Source of the DNA: Eledone cirrhosa
Lineage: Eukaryota
Direction: 5' to 3'
NCBI GenBank assembly: GCA_964016885.1
Contig: OZ024742.1
Coordinates: 9,548,001-9,612,000, forward strand
Length of the DNA stretch: 64,000 nt
In this document: positions 14,377 to 24,871 of the stretch, piece after piece
How the letters are laid out: each line of letters begins with the position of its first letter
How positions within the stretch are numbered: the first letter of the stretch is position 1
Notes under the pieces: generated by a model
Told to the model about the DNA's origin: nothing
Database searches by the model: none
What the model saw: only the letters and a program-made list of their open reading frames with translations
Position numbers and translations under genes: made by a program

Positions 14377-17026
14377 GAATATAAAATGAAAGTGCTTTTT
14401 TTTAAAAAGGAATTTATTAGGTATTGACATATAGCAAGTATTCGATAGCAAATGTATAATCAGTTGTCACTTCTTCAGAGATTTTGGATAAATTGGATAA
14501 AATCAGAAAAATTGAAGTATTTATATTATTAATAGAGGAAGAAGAGAGGGGATAGTATATGACAGATGGTAGTTCAATTTACTGCTAAATAAGTATTTAA
14601 AGGGTTTCTAATGAGAATACCATGAGTAAATGGTTTATTTTATCTATGTAAGAATTTTGGGGAGTGCCAATTTTAATCTATACTTGACCAATTGGACAGT
14701 GGACAGGGCTGGTCATTTGGTGTAGTAGTATTAATTATAAAGTGTCAATTGGGGAAGGGGGAGATTTCGATTGCTGCTGAATAACATCAATGCTAGTAGC
14801 CAGCTGGTATATGCATTAGGGAATTGAATTAAGAAATCAGAAATCTCATTTTATCTATAGCAGTTTATATTAAATGGTAAATAAGACTAATAGAGAATGT
14901 TAATATCTATTTTGACAATCAAACGGAGATAGAGACAGGCGTTCAATCCTGGTAGTATTTGTAATATGAAAATGTAGATTTTAAGCGATGGTTGCAGTAT
15001 AACGATCGCTCTATTCTGTGTTATTTAATAAAATGTTTTTGGATTTCATAATACAAAATAATTCCATATTACATAATTTACAAAATTCCTGTCCGTAGGA
15101 ATGGGGGGGGGGGGGGGCAGTCGCTATTATATCCCATTTTAGGTGAAATTGTTGGTTATTTTCACGCAGCTGCCAAGCCTTGTCTGCGAGTTTTGTTACA
15201 TAACGCTGGTTTTCATGTTTTATCGAGTAACGATGTCTATAAAGGCGTGATTTGAAGGAGGTGGCTGTAGATCCCGCATAGTACCACTTCTGTCTATCCA
15301 ATTCGATAGTACATTTGTATATGATGTTGCGTTCAAGACACTGATTGTTCAACGGACACATTCCTGGTTGGACACAGTTACAATTATAATTTTGCGTTGT
15401 TGTATTGTCATGGATGGGTTGATGAGGTTGCTTAGGTAGGACAGGATGTTGTTTGTTGTTTTGTGATGTTATAGCTAATGTTTTACGTGTATTGTTATGT
15501 GTTGGAAGGCGTTTATACAACCGTTTTGCGTTAAGCTTTTTTATATGTTGTTCAATATTAGGGGCGGTTGAATATGAAAGTCTAATAGTGTTAGGGTTTA
15601 AGATTTTATTATATTTATGTGATGTTGGAAAGTGTTTTTTAACTAATCGAAAGAATTGTGAGGGTAGATTGGTTTTAATAGAGTTGTTATAGACCGGGTT
15701 GTACCAAATATACTCTTTACATCGCCTTCTGTTTGGTGGTGTGCGACTATTATTGTGTCTATTGCGGTAGTGTATGTATGGTGGTGATTCTGTGCTATTT
15801 CTACACCTATGACATTTATTTTGGGTGTTTGGGTGATCTTCGACTATATACTCTATATTATCTAGGTGTCCGGCTTTTCTAAGTGCATCATCATAATATT
15901 CGGCATGTTCTTTGAAGGTTTGTTGGTTGGACGACAGGCGGGAGATTCTAAGAGAAACATTTCTAGGGATGGATTTAATTATAGAGAGTGGATGGTTAGA
16001 ACTCGTATTTACATATTTAAGGTTCTCATTTAGTTTATGGAACGGTTTAATCGTATCTGTATTGAGATTCAAGGTAACATCAAGGAAATTGATCTCTTTG
16101 AGGTTATATTCAAATGTAATATTTAATCCTAGTTCCTTAAAAAGCTTTCTAATATTTTTACGCATCCTTTCTAAATTCTGGTTATTCATATGCTTAACTA
16201 ATAGGAGCGCATCATCACGGTAGATTCCACCGTGGAGATCCTTGAATTTTCCTTGTAGTCTGTGGGTGATATAAATTCCCACAAGATCTGTTACTTCCGC
16301 CGAATCATTAGAACCCATAGTAATATTGAAATTAGAAGGTCTATCTTTGCGAACCCAGTAGCTATCATCGAATTTAACTATAGTTTTCCTCGCTTCCATA
16401 ATAATTTTAATTTCAGCATCCGTAAGGTCGGAATTAGCCTTAGCGAACGAAAGAGCTTCATGTAGAGTATCAGGTGAAATTGAGGAATAATATTCATCAA
16501 TATCAAACTGAATAAATTTTGATTTTTTCTTATCAGTAATGTTATTAAACCATCTTATTGCTTCGTGAGTGTTACCCCATAGTTTAATTTCTACTTTAAC
16601 CTTAACTTGGGGGGATAATTCTGTCTAGTATATATTTGCTAATTTTGCCTATATCAGATTTAGAGGGGCATATAAGTCTAATCTTAGGGTTAGTATCGAA
16701 GTTTACCTTGTGGTCCTTCAGGTTGAAGGATGGTATAGCTGGTGTTAAGGGTTGCGTTCTATCGTCAATACAAAGTTTTTTAACAATTTCACATGCCGAG
16801 TTGTTGATGTTTTTAAGTGTAGCTTCATTAGTTTTCTTGTATTTTTTATGTAATTCCTTACGGATGAAGTTATTGTAAGTGTCCACATCCATGGTATATA
16901 CGTTTGATGTTTTGTCTGCTCTAACAATAATTCCATTGGCGTTTTTTAGATTATTGAGTAGTGCCGTGATGTCATTCTGTAGTTTATTGTTCTTCCGTTT
17001 TGTAAATTTGATCTCCATGATCATAT

Positions 17027-17030
<4 letters not shown>
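14370..17030 (-). mobile_element. Penelope-like retroelement (RT + C-terminal GIY-YIG), 5'-truncated, with 3' UTR, bounded by (TA)n on both sides
   Basis: PLE RT motifs ADKTSNVY, FDIDEYYSSI, MGSNDSAEVTDLVG, GIYRDD, FLDVTLNL and YVNTSSNHP. Endonuclease CNCx5CPLxxxC..IIY..YYAG..FKSRLYRH..CKLC. (TA)n at 14340-14370 and 17029-17067. Confidence 0.93.
14943..17030 (-). pseudogene. PLE RT-GIY-YIG ORF with frameshifts
   Basis: ORFs 16602..17030 and 15011..16399 join through one frameshift in the G6 run at about 16609-16614. A 2-bp shift near 15018 restores the C-terminus LLNN-RIERSLYCNHR...QD*, matching LLNNKLERSIFCRHR of the fragment at 20880. Confidence 0.85.
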
Positions 17031-17070
<40 letters not shown>

Positions 17071-17109
17071 TACACAATAATCAAAGTCAAAGCTGTGTTC
17101 AAATCAGGT

Positions 17110-17168
17110 CATTGCTGACAATCGTTTCCTCCAAACTTTAGTTTGTAATCATCGGACCACTAGCAATG
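17110..17168 (-). ncRNA. Hammerhead-like motif, variant core CCGAUGA
   Basis: Reverse complement: CATTGCT-AGTGGT | CCGATGA | TTACAAACT-AA-AGTTTGGAG | GAAA | CGATTG | TC | AGCAATG. Stem I needs a 6-nt bulge. Confidence 0.4.
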
Positions 17169-17321
17169 TTTCGACATATAATTAACTTCCTATTCAACTG
17201 AACAATCATATAGATACAGGGATATTAATGTTGTCAACAACACTTTCGTATTTACAGAGTGGAATGGATGCAACATAGATTACAAGAGAATTGTACAATA
17301 ATTAAAATTAAAAATTAAAAA

Positions 17322-17376
<55 letters not shown>

Positions 17377-17565
17377 CGTGTGTAGATTCCTGAGTTGTGT
17401 CGGTGGGTAAAGACAGTTTAATCCAGTACACTCTACGTTAGAAGAGTATAAGGTTCTTTATTAGGACATTCCTAATCCTGAGTGCTAGATCTGTAGAAGT
17501 CAATTCTATACATAATAAAGTTATACATAACTAATGAACGAAGCTAGTCAGATGTTATTCACAAA

Positions 17566-17634
<69 letters not shown>

Positions 17635-17660
17635 TAGTTGTTATATAGTAAGGTGCAATC

Positions 17661-18190
17661 TTTGTTTGTTTACACTCTCGTGTCCCCTTTATTTACGTGT
17701 CCCAACGACATTTTTTAGCCGTTGCTCGCACCAACCGAAGGTATATGGTCTTTAAAGCGATGAAATTCCAATGATGGTTGGAAGATCACTGATGAAGGAC
17801 TAACTTTATTCATATGTAACCCATTAGCAACCCCGCAGCACGTTTATTCTCATATTTACACATATTTTTTTCCCCTCTGTTACCCGTCTATTTCGTTCTT
17901 ACTGCTTCCTCTTTCTCTGTATCTTTACCCTCTCTAGCAGTCACTCTCTCTGTTAGCCTCTTCCTCACCCTTCACTCACTCATTCTCTGTTACTACCTCT
18001 CTTCCTCCTCCTTCTTCCTCACTTTTCGTTGCTTCACCATTTTTGTTTGTTTACACTCGTGTCCCCTTTATTTACGTGTCCCAACGACTTTTTTTAGCCG
18101 TTGCTCGCACCAACCGGAGGTATATGGTCTTTAAAGCGATGATATACCAATGATGGTTGGAAGATCACTGATGAAGGACTAACTTTATTC

Positions 18191-18193
<3 letters not shown>
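17661..18193 (+). repeat. Two direct copies (about 155 bp, about 380 bp apart) of a pLTR-like unit, each ending just after a CTGATGA half-hammerhead
   Basis: 17661-17815 matches 18042-18193. Both contain GATCACTGATGAAGGAC, but no GAAA/stem III follows. Confidence 0.75.
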
Positions 18194-18273
<80 letters not shown>

Positions 18274-18561
18274 GACACCTGGAATATAGCTTAAGAGGAA
18301 CATAACAATAATGATAGACACCTGAAATCTAGGCATTGTTAGCTTAAGAGAAACTTAAAAATTAGGAGTGGCACCCCATTCTCAACCTGTTTATAGAATC
18401 CTTTCTGCCATTGTCACTCTAAATATAAAATATAGACTTAAGGAATTAGCTTTTAATGAATTCGTTTTTCTTTCAACTAATGACCTCCACCCATCCCACT
18501 CATCACCCTCTCCTACCACCTGAAAAGATATAAATACCACTACATTTATTTTTGGAAAGCC

Positions 18562-18612
18562 AGATTCCTGATGATTTCTAAAGAATGAAACAGTTCTAGT
18601 CCTGTAGAATCT
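18562..18612 (+). ncRNA. Type I hammerhead ribozyme
   Basis: AGATTC | CTGATGA | TTTCTAAAGAAT | GAAA | CAG-TTCTAGTC-CTG | TA | GAATCT. 6-bp stem I; GUA cleavage triplet. Confidence 0.82.
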
Positions 18613-18651
18613 CATCTATATTAAAACTATATATATATAGAATTCACAAGA

Positions 18652-18699
<48 letters not shown>

Positions 18700-18704
<5 letters not shown>

Positions 18705-19730
18705 TCATGAACCCAGAGTTTGTAGTCTTACGTTTCTTGTTGAGATATTTTTGATCAGTATATGTAAACTTCATCAGTGGTGTTCGTTTATCTTTGTAAC
18801 TGGTGTATTTTCTATGTATTTTGTAGCAGTGTGCTATGTTATCTACATATGAATTACTTTTATAACTATTTATCTGTAGGGTATAGATATGTTGTACATT
18901 AATGTTTTCCTGTCTAGTTTTGTTTTGATTTGACTGTTGTTGTAAATTGCAATTTCAGCTAGCCGTAAGTGCATGGTATGCCGGTGGGAGAAAATAGTAG
19001 CTGTATTGTCAATAAAGCAGTTGGATTCGTGCAGTTTACAATATTTACAATCGAATTTATCAATAACATTAATTATTTGTAGTACATGCCTGTTTCTTGT
19101 CATTGAACAGAGCTTATGAATTTTCGACTAGTATATTATCAGAGTTAGTTTATTGTAGTCCTGAGAATATGTTGATGTATTCTATATTTAATTTTCATTT
19201 GATTCATGTAATATCTTTGTAATTTTATAAAGTGTAAACTATCAAATATATTTTACAATGATGTCGTCTACTAGTTTCTCAAAATACTCGATGTTGTTTA
19301 GAGTTAAATAAATTCTGGGGATATCTTTTCCAGAAATTTCTTTTTGGAAGAAAAACTAAAGGATCTTCAAAGCAGAGATTTAATCCTGATATTTTGTATA
19401 TGAACATAAGCTCTCATGATATGTCTATAGCCACCCTTTACATATTTCGTGTACATGGATGTGATGTGTCGTGTATTGTCTATCTAAATATTTATGTCCA
19501 TACAGACGAAGTCATTAAGTTGCTAGTCGTTTCATTGGTTCAATTAACGTCTTTATTTCTCATTGTGAACCTGAGACTGAGGAATCCATCCATAAATAGT
19601 GTTTCAGAATATTTCTAAGTAGACATATATATTTAACATGAATTATTTAGTATGAACAATTGTTGTTGCTTCTTTTCAAGTCGTTATCAATTTTCCTATT
19701 TAACACCATTTGCATAGAAGTCGTTAATCT
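18700..19730 (-). mobile_element. Highly decayed PLE 3' fragment (RT thumb and endonuclease remnants)
   Basis: Minus-strand remnants IHDTSHPCTR (thumb-like) and IDNTATIFSHRHTMHLRLAE (resembles a GIY-YIG C-terminus). Downstream CTGATGA...GAAACGTA at 18729-18777; flanked by (TA)n/(TC)n. Confidence 0.4.
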
Positions 19731-19799
19731 TCCTAAATTTTGATTTTGTCCCTCCACTTCCTTTCTCTCTCTCTCTTTCTCTCTCTCTCTCTCCCTCTT

Positions 19800-19970
<171 letters not shown>

Positions 19971-20032
19971 ATATATAGATAAATCAGGAAAGAAGGTTTA
20001 CATGGTTTGCAATACAAAAAAGTTTTTAATCA

Positions 20033-20145
20033 CATAGCTTACATTTGTTTCACTGAACTGGTATGTCTAGAGATCGCTATCCGCTTAATTTTGCGTTACT
20101 CGATCGCCAATACAGAATTATAACCAGTCAGATCTTCGGAGCATG
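20033..20145 (-). ncRNA. Hammerhead-like motif, variant core CCGAAGA, long stem II
   Basis: Reverse complement: CATGCT | CCGAAGA | TCTGACTGGT...ACCAGTTCAGT | GAAA | CAAATG | TA | AGCTATG. Lies 3' of the PLE endonuclease fragment at 20880. Confidence 0.5.
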
Positions 20146-20879
20146 CGAGAATGAAGAAAATACACAGGCAAGAAAAGAAAAGAAAATATGGCATTCAATT
20201 AGAACAATAACAACAATTACAACAATGCTATCAATAAACTATTTAAGGAGACCCTGACATTACTTAGGTGAGGGGTATATAATGTATCTAATGTTACGGC
20301 GTGAAAACCAGCTGTCATAAGGCAAAAAGTATCGTAGTGTGTATCAATTTTAAATTATAAAGATAAGCTAGTTTTTACAGTCTTTCTCTTCATCTTCAAC
20401 AGTATACATGAGTGGGACCACTGTCAAAGCTCAATAGTTGTAGAGTTAATACAGAGGTTAACGAATTAATATACGCATATATCTACGCACACACACACAC
20501 ACACATACACATACACACACACACACATATATATATATATAAATATATATACACATATATACACATGCATGTGTACATAGACACATACATACACATCAAT
20601 ATACACTCGTACAAAAATATACATACATGCAAAGAGAAAAGCGTGCTAATTGTAATTATGGCAAAAAGAAGGTAAAGTAACATTGTAGTAGTGAAATGAG
20701 AAAAACTAGGATCTAGGATCAAATGATTGCAGCAGCTGAGAAGGAGTAAGATTGTTGGTAGATGAGGTACTTACAGACAATTGTGTGGTATAGACTTGTG
20801 AAGGAAATAGTATACTTAATGAACATATTTCTGTGGGTAGTAGGTATCCTAATTTAAAGCTATGTTATGTTGGTTCGAT

Positions 20880-21328
20880 TCACGGAGGTTTGAATCTTAT
20901 GAATTTAGTGGCTATTCTATGTCTGCAGAAGATAGATCTTTCTAACTTATTATTAAGTAGCCTTTTAACATTTCTAAGGATATACAATAGCTCAAGATCA
21001 CACAGCCCGCAATAGGACATCCCTGTACTATAGGTTTTAGCAGCCGACAACTTCGACCAGTTGATAGTGTAGTTAGTGTTGCTGTCCTTCAATTCCCATA
21101 TTTTTCTGGCGAGGGTGGTGGAACCCATAAGTGCACGGTTTTTCATAGAGTGCCTGTGCACATACCATCTTTTCTTAAAAGAACCCGCGGTGGATCCTAT
21201 GTAATTCCAGGTGGAGTTACCCGAGATGACAGTGCACATGTACACCAGGCTCGAATCGAGACATCTGTTCGCCAATGGGCACTTATCTGGGAGGTGACAG
21301 CGCCTCAAACTGCAACTGTCACCTCCCA
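20880..21328 (-). mobile_element. PLE 3' fragment: GIY-YIG endonuclease domain
   Basis: CHLPDKCPLANRC..LVY..WNYIGSTAGSFKKRWYVH..STTLARKIWELK..WS..CGLC..LLN..CRH, colinear with the other two PLE endonucleases. Truncated at (GATA)/(GA)n at 21328. Confidence 0.9.
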
Positions 21329-21329
21329 G

Positions 21330-21399
<70 letters not shown>

Positions 21400-21679
21400 A
21401 AGCGGATGGTGATAGAGTTTTAGTAATCCAGATACTAATTTCTTGAAAATGGCAAAACTACGAAACTAGTAGTCAATGATCTGTATTATATAAGAAGTAT
21501 GAAACCTTTATGTAGGAACTATGTAGAGAGTCGCCGTCTTTCGGAAAATATCGTAATTAGAAATATATCATGGAAGGCGTTATAATAGTATTACAGCATG
21601 AGGTCAATATTTCTTACATATAGGTAGTTAGATACATACATACATTCATGTACACAGCCAGATATACACAAAAGATACA

Positions 21680-21729
<50 letters not shown>

Positions 21730-21730
<1 letters not shown>

Positions 21731-21994
21731 GAAATATTTCCGTAGGAAAGGTAAAGGAAAAGAGAGTACTCTATGTAGGCTACATAGATTTTTAGTTATG
21801 TAATAAACAACATAAGATAATTATTTCATTTACCAGTAGTTTGTTAAAGACAGATATTTATGTCTGTCTTCATTCTTCAGAAAAGTTAATTTTGAAAATT
21901 ATTTTTCTGTTGAATGAAGACAGACATAAATATCTGTCTTCAAGAAACCACTGGTAAATGAAATAATTACCTTATGTTGTTTATTATATAACTA
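21730..21994. repeat. Fold-back of a PLE pLTR end (family of 39350-39511) with two decayed hammerheads
   Basis: 21793-21994 is an imperfect palindrome. The minus arm has CTGAAGA but CAAA; the plus arm has CTGTTGA with GAAACCACTGGTA. 21730-21800 matches the reverse complement of 39450-39511. Confidence 0.8.
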
Positions 21995-22078
21995 TATATA
22001 TAGATAAAATCAAGGTCTAGCAAATAGAGAAAAAGTTATAAAATAAATAAAAAAAAATTCGCTGTACTTACTATATGT

Positions 22079-22160
22079 GCCTTGACCACGGTTTCATGCT
22101 CCAGAATAAACGGAAAATCCAAGCGAAATTACATTGAGAATGGAGCCATCTTCAGAAGGC
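22079..22160 (-). ncRNA. Type I hammerhead ribozyme
   Basis: Reverse complement: GCCTT | CTGAAGA | TG-GCTCCA...TGGAGC-AT | GAAA | CCGTGG | TC | AAGGC; GUC cleavage triplet. Confidence 0.82.
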
Positions 22161-22450
22161 TCTTTTCCCTCGGAGAATATAAAATTCCCGAGTTCAAATC
22201 ACAAACTGACGCCATACAAAACCATTCCCAAATGAGAGCGAATGATGAAAGAAATAATTCTGTCTGGTGCCGTGTAAAAAATACATATAGGGAAACAAGT
22301 ATTATCCAACCGTATGCCAATGTGGTTCTATGACGGGTTAATAAATTAACAAGCCAGAACATATAGAATCAAGGTCTAGCAGATAGAGTATATATATATA
22401 TATATATATCTATATCTGTATATTTATTTGTGTGTTTGTGTGCGTGTATG

Positions 22451-22519
<69 letters not shown>

Positions 22520-22524
<5 letters not shown>

Positions 22525-22636
22525 AAAAAGTATGACCCCGACGGCAGAGCTCAAGCCGTTTCGACGACTATTTCTGTCCACAAATAGCCGTCGAAACGGC
22601 TTGAGCTCTACCGTTGGGGTCATACTTTTTTCCTAT
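22520..22636. repeat. Near-perfect 117-bp palindrome made of two hammerhead 3' halves (family also at 39971-40130)
   Basis: TAGGAAAAAGTATGACCCCGACGG...CCGTTGGGGTCATACTTTTTTCCTA. Each arm reads GTC-GAAA-CGGC-TTGAGCTCT-RCCG-TY-GGGG. Confidence 0.85.
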
Positions 22637-22713
22637 TTCCCACTCTACTACCCTAAGTATTGAGTACTCTGGTGCGTTATGGTCCATCTGGTTCCTTACC
22701 ACAATTCCTTTAT

Positions 22714-22745
<32 letters not shown>

Positions 22746-22864
22746 CTAATGGTAGTTAAGATGCTTCCATCAGCGTTATACCGGTTGAGCACTCTATGCT
22801 CCTACGGAGCAGAGTATGATAGGATGGAAAACGAAAAATCAGTGATGCATCGGAACTCTATTGT

Positions 22865-22952
22865 GTGTTACAATTGTTTCCCCGGCGAACAGCTCGAGGT
22901 GCGATCTGTGTGTGGATTGACCTGACCCTGGATTCACAGGTTCCTCGGACAC
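22865..22952 (-). ncRNA. Hammerhead-like motif, variant core CCGAGGA
   Basis: Reverse complement: GTGT | CCGAGGA | ACCTGTGAA...TTCGCCGGG | GAAA | CAATTG (palindrome) | TA | ACAC. Confidence 0.5.
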
Positions 22953-23186
22953 GTCTAGTGATTTCGGAGCATATCCTCTTTCTGTAGTAAAAAGAGTCGG
23001 GCACCCGACGGCTGAGCTCTTGCCGTTTTAACAGAGAGAGAGAGGGGGAGACAGATAGAGAGAGAGAGAGTGAGAGTGAGAGAGAGAGAAGAGCTACACT
23101 AGTATTACATCTGACCAAAAACAACTAATGGAAGGGTATATATATCTAGCTCACTCCACTCATTGCTTAAAACATTTCTCGTTTTC

Positions 23187-23268
<82 letters not shown>

Positions 23269-23372
23269 CAATTTATAAAACCATATTTATTGTATTATAT
23301 ATAATAGAGTGCCCTGAATCAGTTGTAAACATCTATATTTGTTGGATTTCAAACAAATTAAATATCTCTTCT

Positions 23373-23481
<109 letters not shown>

Positions 23482-23983
23482 TGTATGTATGTATGTATGT
23501 ATATATATATATATATATGTGTGTATATATTTGTATGTATATATATATATAAGAAAACGGTCAAATGAACTAGATACATCTCACTGTCCCCACCACCACA
23601 ATAATGTCTACACTCTCTCCCCACCATCACATGTCATTACCATACCATACCCTATCTAGACTAAAGTCATCGACCTGTTGTCAAACTCTCTACTCTCTGT
23701 TGAATGTATATATATATATATGTGTGTGTATGTATATGTGTGTATATACATCACTCAGTCAAACAACCAGATTTCAACCCCAACATCTACAACAACAACA
23801 ACACCGGCACTAATGTTTACAGCTACAACAGCTTCAGAATGAACTGAAATGAACATTTACAACAATTACAACAACAACAACAGCGGCATCAAAACATAAA
23901 AAAAGGAAGGGAAAAGAAAAAAGAAAAGGGGAAGGGGAAAAAAAAAAAGGAAAAGAAAAAAAAACAAAAACACTCAAAATAAC

Positions 23984-24020
<37 letters not shown>

Positions 24021-24317
24021 CCCAGCAACATCAACTGCCACCACCACCACCACTGCCACCGCCGCCGCCATCACCATCACCAGCGACCTGGCCTGAAGAA
24101 AACAACTTTAATAATAATTTTTCTACTTTTGGGACGGATCCAGCGACCGCCCAGCGCATCACTGGTACTCTCTTTTGTTGACTCCGTGGAGAGCCATAAC
24201 TCTATGCTGTAAAGCAATTATAGTAATACTGGACTGTAGTACGATCGGCTTCAACTATACAAACTCTTGAAAGTCAACAGTTGACATAATCTTGTAATCT
24301 TGTATCAGTAATGACGG

Positions 24318-24410
<93 letters not shown>

Positions 24411-24871
24411 CGTGTAAGTGAGTAGAGTAGCGCGTGTGTGTGTTTGTTGTATGTATGAGTGTTGCTGTGTGCGCGCATATGTATGCGTGTGTGTGTATGT
24501 CGTACGTATAAGTGTCAATAAGTGATTTTTTTTTTTTTTTTTTTTTTTTTGCGCGGGGACATAGAAATAATCGGGCTGGATGCCCGATCGCGCAGTTAAA
24601 CCACTGGGAGTGAAGGACCCCTAGCCCTTGTCAGGGCACTCTTCTAGGAGAAGGCATCTCAGGAAACTGGGTTAACTCCGATATAAAACCTGCGGCTCAG
24701 TTGTTACCGATGATGTTGATCTTTTCTTCTTTTCGGGTTATAGCTACTGTCGCTCAGAGAGTGGGATTGGCTCAGTGCACAGTCTTTCCTCACTTTAAAA
24801 ATATTCGTCACGCACAGGCATTGCACGAGTGCATTAATAATTATTAATAGTGTACTATTATTATTATTATT

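Noticed and set aside
14425-14482. Minus-strand CTGAAGA in the PLE 3' UTR as an intact hammerhead
   Set aside because: GAAA and stem I pairing are missing; at best a rearranged remnant.
18725-18782. Minus-strand CTGATGA...GAAACGTA hammerhead candidate
   Set aside because: No stem I complementarity and a weak stem II.
24180-24292. GAAA-GTCAACAGTTGAC palindrome as hammerhead stem III (similar partial motifs at 21455 and 39590)
   Set aside because: No acceptable CUGANGA core or NUH register.
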